This document shows, one piece after another, positions 9,494 through 20,251 of a stretch of DNA of 64,000 bases. The translations under genes and the position numbers were made by a program. This DNA comes from an uncultured bacterium (GTDB lineage: Bacteria > Krumholzibacteriota > Krumholzibacteriia > Krumholzibacteriales > Krumholzibacteriaceae). The stretch is from the NCBI GenBank assembly GCA_963813815.1, contig CAWFAD010000010.1, forward strand, positions 96,001-160,000. The letters run 5' to 3'. The first letter of the stretch is position 1; each line of letters begins with the position of its first letter. Under the pieces are notes generated by a model, which saw only the letters and a list, made by a program, of their open reading frames with translations, ran no database searches and was not told where the DNA came from.

Positions 9494-10531
9494 ATGACGG
9501 AGCGGATCATAGATTTGCGGAGCGACACGGTCACCCGGCCGTCGCCTCCCATGCGCGAGGCGATAGCCCGCGCCGAGGTGGGGGACGACGTGCTCGGCGA
9601 CGACCCGACCGTGATCCGTCTCGAGGAGCGTATGAGCCGGCTGCTCGGCAAGGAGCGGGGGGTCTACGTGCCGAGCGGAACGATGTCGAACACGATCGCG
9701 CTCCTTTCGCAGACGAGCCCCGGCGACGAGGTCATACTCGACCGCCGTTGCCACATCTTCAATTACGAGGTGGCCGGCGCGTCGGCCATCGGCGGTCTTC
9801 AGCTCTACCCGCTCGACGGCCCCGCGGGGCTCCTGCCGGTCGACGATCTCCCCGCCGCGGTTCGGCCGGCCAACATCCATCACCCCCGGACGGCCCTCGT
9901 CGCGGTCGAGAACACGCACAACCGCGCCGGAGGGCGGGTCTATCCCATAGACGAGCTCGAGGCGGTTTCCCGATTCGCGCGCGAGCGCCGGCTCCGTCTC
10001 CATATGGACGGCGCGCGCCTCGCGAACGCTTCGGTCAAGACCGGCATTTCGTTCGAGCGCTACGGCGCGCTCGCCGATTCGATCTCCTTTTGCTTTTCAA
10101 AGGGCCTCGGCGCGCCGGTCGGATCGATCCTCGTGTCGGACGAGACGACGATAGAGCGGGCCCGCGTCTGGCGCAAGCGGCTCGGCGGCGGCATGCGGCA
10201 GGCCGGCGTCCTCGCCGCCGCGTGTCTGTATGCGCTCGACCACAACGTCGCGCGTCTCGCCGAGGACCACGCGCGGGCCGAGCGGATCGGGCGGCTCATC
10301 GTCGAGTCCCGCCGCTTTCGCCTGACCTTTCCCGTCGAGACGAACATCATCATATTCGAGCCTCTGGATCCCGCGACCGATATGGCGGCCGTCGACGGGG
10401 CCCTCCGCCGCGAGGGCGTGCTGTCGCTCCCCTTCGGCGGCCGCTTCATGCGAATGGTGACCCACCTCGACATACACGACGAGGATATGGAGCGGCTCGA
10501 GCGGGCGCTGCCCCGAGCGCTCGCCGGGTGA
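9494..10531 (+). CDS. ltaE: Low-specificity L-threonine aldolase
   Basis: IDLRSDTVTRP, VGDDV, PSGTMSN, ENTHN, LHMDGARL, CFSKGLGAPVGS, GGGMRQAG. Confidence 0.93.
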   Translation: MTERIIDLRSDTVTRPSPPMREAIARAEVGDDVLGDDPTVIRLEERMSRLLGKERGVYVPSGTMSNTIALLSQTSPGDEVILDRRCHIFNYEVAGASAIGGLQLYPLDGPAGLLPVDDLPAAVRPANIHHPRTALVAVENTHNRAGGRVYPIDELEAVSRFARERRLRLHMDGARLANASVKTGISFERYGALADSISFCFSKGLGAPVGSILVSDETTIERARVWRKRLGGGMRQAGVLAAACLYALDHNVARLAEDHARAERIGRLIVESRRFRLTFPVETNIIIFEPLDPATDMAAVDGALRREGVLSLPFGGRFMRMVTHLDIHDEDMERLERALPRALAG

Positions 10532-10565
10532 CGCCGGCGGAGCCGGCGGGAAGGGCGGAGGGGGC

Positions 10566-11282
10566 GTGAGAATCTTTCAGTTCTACCTCGTGAGCACCCC
10601 CATCGGCAATCTGGGGGATTTTTCTCCCCGGGCCGCGGAGGTGCTCCGCTCGGTCGATACGATTCTCGCCGAGGACACGCGGACGGCGCGGGTGCTTCTC
10701 GACCGCTCCGCGATCAAAACGCCGCTACGGGCGTATCACGATCACAACAAGGAGCGCGTGACGCCTCTCATCCTGAGGGAGCTCGGCGAGGGGAAGCGCT
10801 TCGCTCTCATTTCCGACGCCGGGACGCCGCTCGTCTCGGATCCCGGCTACTACGTCGTCCGCAAGCTCATCGAGGAGCGGATCGAGATCACGGCGATTCC
10901 CGGACCGAGCGCCGTGACGACGGCGCTCGTGCTCTCGGGGCTTCCGCCCGACCGTTTCACATTTTTCGGCTACGTTCCGCGAAAGCCCGGCGAGCGGGCC
11001 CGGGCGCTGCGGGAAGCGCTCGAGAATCCCTACACGTCGATCTTCTTCGAGAGCCCGCACCGGTTGCTTTCGACGCTCGAAGCGCTCGAAGAGGCCGCCG
11101 GAGACCGCGACGTCGTCGTCGCGCGCGAGCTGACGAAACTCCACGAAGAGGTCGCGCGCGGCAGGGCGGCCGAGCTGCGCGAACGCTTCTCCGCCTCCCC
11201 CGTGCGCGGCGAGATCGTCGTGCTCGTTCGCGGCACCGGAAGGCGGCGCAGGGAGGCCGCGGAGGAGAGCGCGGACGATTGA
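10566..11282 (+). CDS. rsmI: 16S rRNA C1402 2'-O-methyltransferase
   Basis: YLVSTPIGNLGD, AEDTR, ISDAGTPLVSDPG, IPGPSA, FFESPHR, RELTKLHEE. Confidence 0.95.
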   Translation: MRIFQFYLVSTPIGNLGDFSPRAAEVLRSVDTILAEDTRTARVLLDRSAIKTPLRAYHDHNKERVTPLILRELGEGKRFALISDAGTPLVSDPGYYVVRKLIEERIEITAIPGPSAVTTALVLSGLPPDRFTFFGYVPRKPGERARALREALENPYTSIFFESPHRLLSTLEALEEAAGDRDVVVARELTKLHEEVARGRAAELRERFSASPVRGEIVVLVRGTGRRRREAAEESADD

Positions 11283-11343
11283 CAGGCGGAGCGGCGGCGG
11301 TTCATACTGCCGCCCGGGCGCGAAGGGAAAGGCGCGCGGCGAC

Positions 11344-11991
11344 ATGGCGGACAAGGCTTCGGTGAAACGGACGCTCCGCGGGCTGCTCGATCCGCTCGTG
11401 GCGGTCCTCGCCCGGGCGGGCGTGACGCCGCTCGGCGTCACGATCGCGGGTCTCGTCGTGAGTCTCTGCGGCTCCGTCGTCGTTGCGCGGGGGCACCTCA
11501 GGGCGGGAGCCCTCGTGTTTCTCGCGGGGGGCCTGTGCGACGTGCTCGACGGCTCCCTCGCCCGCAAGACCGGGCGGGAGAGCGCGTTCGGGGCGTTCAT
11601 CGATTCGACGCTCGATCGCGTGGCCGAAATCGCCGGCTTCGGCGCGCTCATCGTCTATTTCGCGGGGCGCGGCGCGGGTTCGCCCGACCGGATGGACCCC
11701 TTCGGATCCGGCGCGCCGCCCGTGGATTTCCGGATCGTGCTGCTGCTCGTCGTCATCGCGGGATCCTTCCTCACGAGCTACACGCGGGCGCGGGCCGAAG
11801 GGCTCGGCCTCGAATGCCGCGTCGGGCTCGTCGAGAGGCCGGAGCGGATCGCGGCGCTCGTCGCGGGGCTGCTCGTCGGCGGCGCCGCGCTCGACGCGAT
11901 GATCGTTGCGCTCGCCCTGCTCACGCTCGCGACCACCGCGCAGCGGATCGCGCACGTGCACAGACTGACGTCGAACCGGGAGCGGCCGTAG
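11344..11991 (+). CDS. CDP-alcohol phosphatidyltransferase
   Basis: CDVLDGSLAR...FGAFIDSTLDR motif; SYTRARAEGLG; transmembrane segments. Confidence 0.9.
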   Translation: MADKASVKRTLRGLLDPLVAVLARAGVTPLGVTIAGLVVSLCGSVVVARGHLRAGALVFLAGGLCDVLDGSLARKTGRESAFGAFIDSTLDRVAEIAGFGALIVYFAGRGAGSPDRMDPFGSGAPPVDFRIVLLLVVIAGSFLTSYTRARAEGLGLECRVGLVERPERIAALVAGLLVGGAALDAMIVALALLTLATTAQRIAHVHRLTSNRERP

Positions 11992-12030
11992 CGGCGCGCG
12001 GCGCGGCCCCCGCGACGGCGGAGGAACGTC

Positions 12031-12681
12031 ATGAAAGGGCGTCTCGTTACCTTCGAGGGGATCGAGGGGTGCGGCAAATCGGCCGTCTCGCGCGAGGCGC
12101 GCCTCGCGCTCGAACGCGCGGGAGTGAGCGTGACCTTCGCGCGGGAGCCCGGCGGCACGGCGGTTTCCGAGAGCGTGCGGGCGCTGCTGCTCGATCCGGC
12201 GCGGAGCGAGATGGCGCCGCTCACCGAGCTCCTGCTCTACCTTTCCGCGCGCGCGCAGCTCGTCGCGGAGGTCGTTCGTCCGGCGCTCGACGCGGGGCGG
12301 ATCGTTCTCTGCGACAGGTACCTCGACGCCTCGGTCGCCTACCAGGGATGGGCGCGCGGGCTCGGCGAGCGGTTCGTCGAGCGGCTGAACCGCGTGGCGG
12401 TGGGCGGCGCCGTTCCCGACCGGACGTTTCTCCTCGACGCGCCGGTCGAGACCGGTCTCGCGCGCGGCCCGCTGCGGAGGGAACGCGAGGGAGTCGCGGC
12501 GAGGGACCGCCTCGAGCGCGAGGACACGGCCTTCCACGAAAGGGTGCGCGAGGGATACCTCCGGCTCGCCCGCAGGAACCGCAGGCGCGTCGTCGTCGTC
12601 GACGCCTCCCGTCCGCTCGAGGAGGTCGTCCGCGAGGTTCTGCGCGGCCTCGAACGTCTGCTCTCCGTGCCGCTTTCCTGA
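12031..12681 (+). CDS. tmk: Thymidylate kinase
   Basis: TFEGIEGCGKS, REPGGT, LCDRYLDASVAYQG, DRLERE. Confidence 0.95.
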   Translation: MKGRLVTFEGIEGCGKSAVSREARLALERAGVSVTFAREPGGTAVSESVRALLLDPARSEMAPLTELLLYLSARAQLVAEVVRPALDAGRIVLCDRYLDASVAYQGWARGLGERFVERLNRVAVGGAVPDRTFLLDAPVETGLARGPLRREREGVAARDRLEREDTAFHERVREGYLRLARRNRRRVVVVDASRPLEEVVREVLRGLERLLSVPLS

Positions 12682-12844
12682 CGCATGGATAACGTTTTGC
12701 TTCGCCGCCGCTACCTATTATATTACCGCCGGGCGCGATATTGACTGCTGGAATCCTCCCCGATGGCATGGTTCGTGATCGCCGAGACGTGAGACATCGC
12801 AGCCCGGCGCCTCGGCACACGGTTCGACCTCCGGAGGTAGCGTC

Positions 12845-14485
12845 TTGCGATTGAACAAAAAAGCGATCGTCGGAATCTCCGTTCTCTGCCTGCTCGCCGT
12901 CGCCTCGATTTTCGTCATGGCCGGCGACCGGGAGGAGCGCCAGCGGGAAACCGTTCTGGAGAATATCGAGCAGTTCGGCGCCGTCCTCGACAAGATCCTC
13001 AACTACTACGTCGACGAGATCGACGCGGACAAGCTCATTCAATCCGCCATCGAGGGCATGCTGAACACGCTCGACGAGCATTCCGTCTACATGGACAGCT
13101 ACGACTACGAGAACCTCATGATCGACACGCGCGGCGAGTTCGGCGGCCTCGGGTTCACCGTCGGCACGGTGGATGGATTTCCGACCGTCAGCTCGGTGCT
13201 CGACGACACTCCCGCGTACCGCCACGGCATACAGGGCGGAGATAAGATCGTCGAGATCGAGGGCGTGTCGACCAAAGGGCTCAAGACCGAGGACGCGGTC
13301 TCGAAGCTCCGCGGCCGCGAGGGGACGCAGGTGAGCATCACCGTCGCCCGCGAGGGGCTCCCCGATTCCCTCCATTTCACGGTCACGCGCGAAATCATCC
13401 GCGTGCCGAGCATCACCTACTCGACGAAGCTCGGCGAGATCGGCTACATCCGCGTCGCGCGCTTCGGCGAGCGGACGGCGCGCGAGCTCGACGACGCGAT
13501 GCGGGGGCTCGAGCGCGAAAAGATCCGCGGGCTCATCATCGATCTGCGCGGCAATCCGGGCGGCCTGCTCGAGGCGGCGCGCGAGGTGTCGGAGATATTC
13601 CTCGAAAAGGACAAGCTCCTCGTCTACACGGAATCGCGCATCCCGAGCCACAACGTGAAGTACTACTCGCGCTCGACGAAGGTCCACGACGGCTATCCGG
13701 TCGTGATTCTCGTGAACGGGTTCAGCGCGTCGGCCTCCGAGATCGTCGCCGGGGCGCTCCAGGATTGGGACCGCGCCCTCATCGTGGGACAGACGAGCTA
13801 CGGCAAGGGCTCCGTGCAGACCGTCTTCATGGTCGGACGGGACGCGCTCAAGCTCACCACGGCGAAGTATTTCACGCCGAGCGGGCGCTGCATTCACAAG
13901 GACCGCGACGGCGAAGAGGACGAGATGGGCATCGCCCTCGACGGCGAGACGCCGGCGCCCGTCGGCGAAACCCCCGCCGCGGAGGCTCCCGCCGGCGAGT
14001 CGAAGGAAGCCACCGAGGAGAAACGCGAATACAAGACGAACGGCGGACGCGTCGTGTACGGCGGAGGCGGCGTCACCCCCGACTGGGTGATCGAGCCGCG
14101 GCGTTTCACGCCCTTCCAGCGGGATCTCGAGCTCCGGAACCTCTTCTTCAATTTCGCCATCCGCTACACGTCGACGCACGAGACGGACGACCGGTTCGAG
14201 ACCGGCGACGACGTTCTCGCCGCCTTCAAGAGCTACGTCGCGGAGAGCAAGTTCGAGGCGCCCGATTCGCTCTGGACGCCGGAGAACGTCGCCTACGCGA
14301 AGCTCGCGATCAAGCGGGAGGTGTTCCGCAAGCGCCTCGGAACGAAGGGAGCGTATCTGGCGACCCTTTCCCACGACGACGAGGTGCAGCGGATTCTCGA
14401 GATGTTCCGCGAGGCGCCGACGCTGCAGGAGATGTTCGCGTACGTGCGGGAGCGCGCGGAGGCGGTGGAGGCCGCGCAACGGTGA
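12845..14485 (+). CDS. S41 carboxy-terminal processing protease (PDZ)
   Basis: N-terminal hydrophobic segment, GEFGGLG, IIDLRGNPGGLL, SASASEIVAGALQD, GKGSVQ, YFTPSGR. Confidence 0.92.
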   Translation: MRLNKKAIVGISVLCLLAVASIFVMAGDREERQRETVLENIEQFGAVLDKILNYYVDEIDADKLIQSAIEGMLNTLDEHSVYMDSYDYENLMIDTRGEFGGLGFTVGTVDGFPTVSSVLDDTPAYRHGIQGGDKIVEIEGVSTKGLKTEDAVSKLRGREGTQVSITVAREGLPDSLHFTVTREIIRVPSITYSTKLGEIGYIRVARFGERTARELDDAMRGLEREKIRGLIIDLRGNPGGLLEAAREVSEIFLEKDKLLVYTESRIPSHNVKYYSRSTKVHDGYPVVILVNGFSASASEIVAGALQDWDRALIVGQTSYGKGSVQTVFMVGRDALKLTTAKYFTPSGRCIHKDRDGEEDEMGIALDGETPAPVGETPAAEAPAGESKEATEEKREYKTNGGRVVYGGGGVTPDWVIEPRRFTPFQRDLELRNLFFNFAIRYTSTHETDDRFETGDDVLAAFKSYVAESKFEAPDSLWTPENVAYAKLAIKREVFRKRLGTKGAYLATLSHDDEVQRILEMFREAPTLQEMFAYVRERAEAVEAAQR

Positions 14486-15161
14486 GAAAGATCGCGATCC
14501 TGAGCGATTTCGACGGAACCGTCTCGAGACGGGACGTCGGCCACCATTTCTTCGGCGCCTTCATCGCGCGCAGGGCCGACTGGCTCGCGCTGCTCGAGGA
14601 GTGGCGGCTCGGCCTCATCAGCTCGAGGGAGTGCCTCGAGAAGGAGCTCTCGTGGGTCCGGGCCGATCGCGAGGATCTCGACGGCTTCGTCGACCGGGAG
14701 GGGCTCGATCCGTACTTCAAGGATTTCGTCGATTTCTGCGATCGGCGGGGGTCGAGCTCGTCATCGCGAGCGACGGGCTCGATTACTACATCGACCGGCT
14801 CCTCTCGCGCGACGGTCTCGGGATCGTCGGTTTCCGGGCGAACCGGCTCGTGTGCGACGGGGACCGGCTCGCCGCGATCGAGTTTCCCTATTACGATTCC
14901 ATGGACTGCAAGCGGTGCGGCAACTGCAAGAGATCGCACCTCGAGGATCTCCGCCGCGCGGGCCACGTCGTCGTGTACGTCGGCAACGGTTACAGCGACC
15001 GCTGCCCGGCCGAGCACGCCGACCTCGTTTTCGCCAAGGGGGAGCTTCTCGATCACTGCCGCGAGCGGCGCCTCGCCCACGTCGTCTTCGAGAACTTCCG
15101 CGACGTCGAGCGCGAGCTGACGGCGCGGTTCATTCTTCACTCGGGAAACGTCTCGTTCTGA
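14482..15161 (+). CDS. HAD-IB phosphatase (MtnX-like), frameshifted in the G-run at 14747-14751
   Basis: GTG start, LSDFDGTVS; continues in another frame as VELVIASDGLDYYI...CKRCGNCK...VGNGYSDRCPA..ADLVFAK. Confidence 0.82.
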
Positions 15162-15514
15162 GAGCGTTTCATCGCCTCGGTGTAGAGGCGGCTCACGTAC
15201 CCGATGAAATCGAATATCTCCCGGTCCGTGATCGTCTCCCGGCCCCGCAGCGTTTTTATCTTGTCCGCGACGTCGTTGAGATCGTTCCGCGTGAGGAGCC
15301 CCCGGTCGTAGAACTTCCAGAAGGTCTTCAGCGTGTATTGAAGGTCGCCGCCGTACTTCTGGCGCAGATCGGGGGCGAGGGCGCCCTCGAGCTGCCGCCC
15401 GGACCGCATGAACATCCGCTTCGAGATCGCGTCGCGCGACCCGAAGAGCAGCGCGGCCGCGAGAATCGCCGCGATGACGGCGACGGTCGCGATCGTAAAG
15501 GCCTTTCTGCTCAC
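15137..15514 (-). CDS. Hypothetical membrane-anchored or secreted protein (125 aa)
   Basis: GTG overlaps the stop of the upstream hydrolase; N-terminal hydrophobic helix, protein-like composition. Confidence 0.7.
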   Translation of the reverse strand: MSRKAFTIATVAVIAAILAAALLFGSRDAISKRMFMRSGRQLEGALAPDLRQKYGGDLQYTLKTFWKFYDRGLLTRNDLNDVADKIKTLRGRETITDREIFDFIGYVSRLYTEAMKRSQNETFPE

Positions 15515-16383
15515 CCGGTAGCCGTCCTTTCTCCGTGAAGAGTCCGTTGGAACCACGCTTCGCTGAGCGCGATCGCCCGTTCGAGGGCGGGGGAGGGCCG
15601 CCGCATCGGATGCCTGGCGCCGAACGCGTGACCCGCGCCGGGAAGGATCTCGAGGCGAGCGGGGGCGCTCCGCGGGGGCGCGAGCAGCGCGCGCGTCTCC
15701 GCGACGGTCACCGCCGCGTCGCGCTCGCCGTGCACCATGAGGTGGGGAACGTCGAGGCGGCCGGCCGCCGCGGGGAGGTCGAACGCATCGCGATGCCGGT
15801 CGATGTCCTCGTAGTAGGCCCAATCGAGCCGGAGCGGCCCGTCCGAGCGGGGATCGTCGAAGACGAGGGCGCCGTCGCGCCGCCACGCGGTCTTCCGCCG
15901 CGCCGTGTACCGGTCGAGACGCCCGAGAGTCGCCCACGTGACGAGCGAGCGCGCCTCGGGGATCCCGGGAGCGGCGAGGAGCGCGACCGCTCCCCCGCGG
16001 CTGTGTCCGAAAAGCCCCCACGACCCGCCGGCGGGCGCCGCCGGCTCGAGCCCGCCGCGGCGGACGAAGCGGGCGACGCGGCGGACATCCTCGATCTCGG
16101 CGGAGACGGTGTTGCGGGCGAAGGCGTCCGCGTCCGAGAATCGCCCGGTCGTTTCGTCGACGCCGCAGAGCGAGAAGCTCATCGTCAGAACGTGAAAGCC
16201 CGCGGCGGCGATGCGCTCCGAGAGATGAGGAAAGAACCCCCACCGCTTGTACCCGAGAAAACCGTGGCAGACGATGACGAGCGCCCGCCGCGCGCCTGGC
16301 GCGCCCGTCCGCAGGTCGGCGCGCACGGGACGCCCGCCGGCTGAGGATATCTCTATCTCGCGAAGGCTCACGTTCGTTTGCAT
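15511..16383 (-). CDS. Alpha/beta-fold hydrolase
   Basis: CHGFLG oxyanion region, GHSRGG nucleophile, VHGERD, GAGHAF. Confidence 0.88.
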   Translation of the reverse strand: MQTNVSLREIEISSAGGRPVRADLRTGAPGARRALVIVCHGFLGYKRWGFFPHLSERIAAAGFHVLTMSFSLCGVDETTGRFSDADAFARNTVSAEIEDVRRVARFVRRGGLEPAAPAGGSWGLFGHSRGGAVALLAAPGIPEARSLVTWATLGRLDRYTARRKTAWRRDGALVFDDPRSDGPLRLDWAYYEDIDRHRDAFDLPAAAGRLDVPHLMVHGERDAAVTVAETRALLAPPRSAPARLEILPGAGHAFGARHPMRRPSPALERAIALSEAWFQRTLHGERTATG

Positions 16384-16390
16384 GGCGGTC

Positions 16391-16419
16391 TTGCCAATCG
16401 CCGCCCCATCCTGTAGAAT
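16391..16419 (+). promoter_or_regulatory. Putative sigma-70 promoter
   Basis: TTGCCA-N17-TAGAAT upstream of the 16453 ATG. Confidence 0.6.
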
Positions 16420-16452
16420 GGCGGCACGTCGTTTATATTACAGCGGGGGTGA

Positions 16453-17277
16453 ATGGTGGCAAGGAGAATCATAATCGCGCTTCTCTGCACGGTCGCTCTT
16501 CTCGGAGCGGCGCGGCGCCTCACGTCCGGCAAGCCGCGGGACGTGTACGTGGAGGAGGGCGACGTCAAGATGTGGCACCGTACGGTCACGGAGAACATCG
16601 GACCGCAGCAGCCGCTCATCGACGTTCTGCTCGAGGTGCCCCGGGGGAGCAGGATCAATCTTCTTTTCATCACGCCGGACAATCCCGAGGAGCAGAAGCG
16701 GGGTCTCTTTTTCCTCGGCAACCGCCGCTACAGCATGCGCCTGCCGCGCTACGACGTCGGATCGAGGATCCGGTACGCGCTCGCCCTTACCCGGCCCGAC
16801 GGATCGATCGTGAGGACGCCGGAAAAGGGGTACTACGTTTTGAAGTTCAAGACGGATGCCTCGAAGCCGGTGATCGTCGCGCACGTCGTCTGCATGTTCG
16901 GCGCGTTCTTCTTCATGGTGCTGAGCTTTTTCGGCGCGCTTCGCATGTTGCGTCGCGGCGCGGGAAAGCGCGGCACGGTGGGCGCGGCGCGATGGGCGCT
17001 CATTTTCACGATCGTGGGGACGTGGCCGCTCGGGCTCGTGCTCAACCGGCAGACCTTCGGTTTTTTCTGGCAAGGGTTCCCGTTCGGCAGCGACATCACG
17101 GACAACAAGACGCAAGTCATCTTCATCTTCTGGCTCGTGAGCCTGCTCCTCGTGCGGGGGAGCTTCTTCGGGCGCGGGGAGGAGCGGGACCGGCTCGGAC
17201 CGAAAGGCTTCGCGTGGGCGATCGTCGCGAGCTTCGTCGTGAGCCTCGCGCTCTACCTTCTCCCGCACAGCCTCTGA
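16453..17277 (+). CDS. Hypothetical membrane protein (soluble domain plus about 4 C-terminal TM helices)
   Basis: Signal-like N-terminus, hydrophobic C-terminal half containing WQGFPFGSDITDNKTQ. Confidence 0.75.
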   Translation: MVARRIIIALLCTVALLGAARRLTSGKPRDVYVEEGDVKMWHRTVTENIGPQQPLIDVLLEVPRGSRINLLFITPDNPEEQKRGLFFLGNRRYSMRLPRYDVGSRIRYALALTRPDGSIVRTPEKGYYVLKFKTDASKPVIVAHVVCMFGAFFFMVLSFFGALRMLRRGAGKRGTVGAARWALIFTIVGTWPLGLVLNRQTFGFFWQGFPFGSDITDNKTQVIFIFWLVSLLLVRGSFFGRGEERDRLGPKGFAWAIVASFVVSLALYLLPHSL

Positions 17278-17314
17278 GGCGCCGGCTCGGCCTGCGCGCC
17301 ATCGGGAGCGGGGT

Positions 17315-18307
17315 ATGCGGCGGAATCTCTTCACGGAATCGGACGCCTGCCTCGCGCCGCTCGCCGGGTACAGCGACGCGCCGCTCCGGCTCGTCGCCGC
17401 GGAATGCGGCGCCGACTTCGCGTTCACCGGGCTCGTCAGCGCGGACGGGCTCGTGCGCGGGGGAGCGGGGAGCGCGAGACTGCTCGGGCGGCTGCCGGGA
17501 GAGGCGCCGCTCGGCGTGCAGATCTTCGGCGCCGATCCCGCCCATATGGGGCGCGCGGCCGCGATCGCGGAAGGGTCGGGGGCCGATTTCATCGACCTCA
17601 ACTTCGGCTGTCCGGTGAAGAAGGTCGTCAAGAAGAACGGCGGCGTGTCGATTATGCGCGATCTCGACCTCATGGAGCGGATCGTCCGCTCGGTGGTCGC
17701 GAGCGTCGCCTGCCCGGTGACCGCCAAGATCCGGAGCGGCTGGAGCGACGAGGAGCGGAACTACCTCGAGGCGGGGCGCCTCCTCGAGGCCTGCGGCGCC
17801 GCCGCCGTCACGCTGCACCCGCGCCCGCAGAGCCAGGGCTTTTCCGGCAGCGCGCACTGGGACGATATCGCGGCGCTCCGCGGGGCCCTCGCGATCCCCG
17901 TCATAGCGAACGGCGACGTCCGGACGCCGGCCGACTATGAGGAGGTGCGGCGGCGCACGGGATGCTCGCTCGTGATGATCGGCCGCGGCGCGCTCGGAAA
18001 TCCGTGGATCTTCCGCGAGATCAAGGACGCCGCGGGCGGACGCGCGCCGCGTCCGCCGGACGCCGGCGAGCGGCTCCGCACGATCGAGCGCCATCTCGCG
18101 CTCATGGTCGAATTCTTCGGCGAGGATCGCGGCGTTCGCGAGATGCGCAAGTTCTACCGCTGGTACGTGCGGTCCATGGAGCACATCAAAAGACACCGCG
18201 CGATGCTCGTGACCGCGGAGCGGGCCCGGGACGTGGCCGCGATCATCGCCGGCATGAGAGAGGAGCTCGACGGGAATGGAAGAGGCGAAGCTCAAAAGGC
18301 TTCTTGA
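17315..18307 (+). CDS. dusB: tRNA-dihydrouridine synthase
   Basis: LAPLAGYSDAP, VQIFG, IDLNFGCPVKKV, VTAKIRSGW, PVIANGD, MIGRGALGNPWIF. Confidence 0.92.
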   Translation: MRRNLFTESDACLAPLAGYSDAPLRLVAAECGADFAFTGLVSADGLVRGGAGSARLLGRLPGEAPLGVQIFGADPAHMGRAAAIAEGSGADFIDLNFGCPVKKVVKKNGGVSIMRDLDLMERIVRSVVASVACPVTAKIRSGWSDEERNYLEAGRLLEACGAAAVTLHPRPQSQGFSGSAHWDDIAALRGALAIPVIANGDVRTPADYEEVRRRTGCSLVMIGRGALGNPWIFREIKDAAGGRAPRPPDAGERLRTIERHLALMVEFFGEDRGVREMRKFYRWYVRSMEHIKRHRAMLVTAERARDVAAIIAGMREELDGNGRGEAQKAS

Positions 18308-19035
18308 ATCCGTCGCGAAGGGCGGGACGAGCCCCGCCCGCGCGATCGAGCGGCTCAAGGTGCTTCCCTTCGAGGATCTCGGATTCGCGAAGGTGGATCA
18401 CCACCGCTCCCTGCGGCGCGGCTTTCCCGAGGTGATCCTCTGCGAGGGAAAGACCGCGGCGGAGATCGCCGCGATCGCCAGGAACCTGGCCGCCCGGGGG
18501 GCGAACATCCTCGCCACGCGATGCTCGCCGGTCCTCTTCCGCGCGGTGCGCGCGAAGGTGCGCGGCGCCGTGTATCATCCCGAGGGAAGGCTCTTCGCCG
18601 TCGAGCGCGGCCGCGCGAAGCGCCGCGGGATCGTCGCCGTCGTATCGGGGGGGACCTCCGACCGCACCGTCGCCGAGGAGGCGGCGCTGACGGCGCACTA
18701 CCTCGGCTGCGGCGTCGACCGGCTCTACGACGTCGGGGTCGCGGGGATTCACCGGCTCCTGCGCTCGTGGAAGCGGATCCGCGGGGCCGACTGCATCATC
18801 GTCGTGGCGGGCATGGAGGGAGCGCTCGCGAGCGTCGTCGCGGGAATCGCGGACGCCCCGCTCATCGCCGTTCCGACGAGCGTGGGGTACGGGGCGAGCT
18901 TCGGCGGCCTCTCGGCGCTGCTCGACGATGCTCAACAGCTGCGCCGGAGGGGTCACCGTGGTGAACATCGACAACGGATTCGGCGCCGGCTACGCGGCGG
19001 CGGTCATCGTGAGGAAGATGCATGAAAAGAAGTAA
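18276..19035 (+). CDS. larB: Nickel-pincer cofactor biosynthesis protein LarB, frameshifted near 18924
   Basis: [54 protein letters not shown]-terminal [19 protein letters not shown] in a shifted frame ending at TAA 19033-19035. Confidence 0.9.
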
Positions 19036-19045
19036 GGAGGATCCG

Positions 19046-20251
19046 GTGGCGGCGCGAACGCCGACACGGGAGACCCCCGGATTGATCGTGATCGATCCGG
19101 CCGGGGGGCTCGCCGGGGACATGTTTCTCGCGGGCCTCTTCGCCCTCGGCGCCGATCCCGCGCGGGTCGCGCGGGCGGTGCGGGGCCTGCCCGGGCTCGA
19201 GCGGTTCTCGATCGCGACGGAGCGCGTGAAGCACGGGGCGGTCGCCGCCATCCGCGCGCGGGTCCGCTGCTCGCGCGCGTCCGCCGGGCGCGATCTGTCG
19301 GAAATTCTCCGCATGATCGAACGCTCGCCGCTCGAACCGCGCGTCAAGGATCTCGCCGCGAGGACGTTCCGGGTTATCGGTGAGGCCGAGGGCGCGATCC
19401 ACGGCGTGAGCGCGCGGCGCGTGCATTTTCACGAGGTCGGCGCCGTCGATTCGATCGTCGACATCGTGGGCGCCGCGGAGGCGCTCTCGCAGCTCGGCTT
19501 TCCCGCGCTCTACCATCGCCCCGTGAGGCTCGGCGCCGGCTTCGTGTCGATCGCGCACGGGAGGCTGCCCCTGCCCGCGCCGGCGACGATCGAGCTGCTG
19601 CGCGGCCGGACGGTGCATCTCGTCGACGAGGAAGGGGAGACCGTCACGCCGACCGGCGCGGCGATTCTGAGGGCGCTCGCCCGGGAGCTCCCCGCGGAGA
19701 TCTCCTTCAAGCCCCGCCGCGTGGTGTACGCGGCGGGAACGAGGGAAAACGGCGCGTCGCCCGGCCTGCTCCGTCTCATCGCGGCCGATCCGGCCTCGCT
19801 CCGCCGCGGCGTGGCCGTCATTCGGACCACGATCGACGACATGAATCCTCAGCTCTACCCGTACGTCGAGGAGCTGCTCTTCGAAGCGGGGGCCCTCGAG
19901 GTGTACCTCGCGCAGATCATCATGAAGAAGGGACGCCCCGGCGTGCTCCTCACCGCCCTCTGCGAGACGGAGGCGGTCGATGCCCTCACGTCGATTCTCT
20001 TCCGCGAGACGACGACGCTCGGCGTCCGCGTGAGCGTCGAGGGGCGCGAGGAGCTCGAGCGGTGGATGGAGCGCGTCGCCACGGCGTACGGCTCGATACC
20101 GGTGAAGCGGGCGCGTCTCGACGGCGGGGCGATGAAATCCGCCCCCGAGTTCGAGTCGTGCAAGGCCGCCGCTTTGAGGCGGGGGGCGCCCCTCTCCGCG
20201 GTTCTCGAGGCCGCGCGCGCGGCCTCATCCCGCCGGGGAGCGAAGCGATGA
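19046..20251 (+). CDS. larC: Nickel-pincer cofactor biosynthesis protein LarC
   Basis: GLAGDMFL, VHFHEVGAVDSIVDIVG, LPAPAT, TPTGAA, TIDDMNP, MKKGRPG, ETTTLGVR; AGGAGG before GTG 19046. Confidence 0.92.
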   Translation: MAARTPTRETPGLIVIDPAGGLAGDMFLAGLFALGADPARVARAVRGLPGLERFSIATERVKHGAVAAIRARVRCSRASAGRDLSEILRMIERSPLEPRVKDLAARTFRVIGEAEGAIHGVSARRVHFHEVGAVDSIVDIVGAAEALSQLGFPALYHRPVRLGAGFVSIAHGRLPLPAPATIELLRGRTVHLVDEEGETVTPTGAAILRALARELPAEISFKPRRVVYAAGTRENGASPGLLRLIAADPASLRRGVAVIRTTIDDMNPQLYPYVEELLFEAGALEVYLAQIIMKKGRPGVLLTALCETEAVDALTSILFRETTTLGVRVSVEGREELERWMERVATAYGSIPVKRARLDGGAMKSAPEFESCKAAALRRGAPLSAVLEAARAASSRRGAKR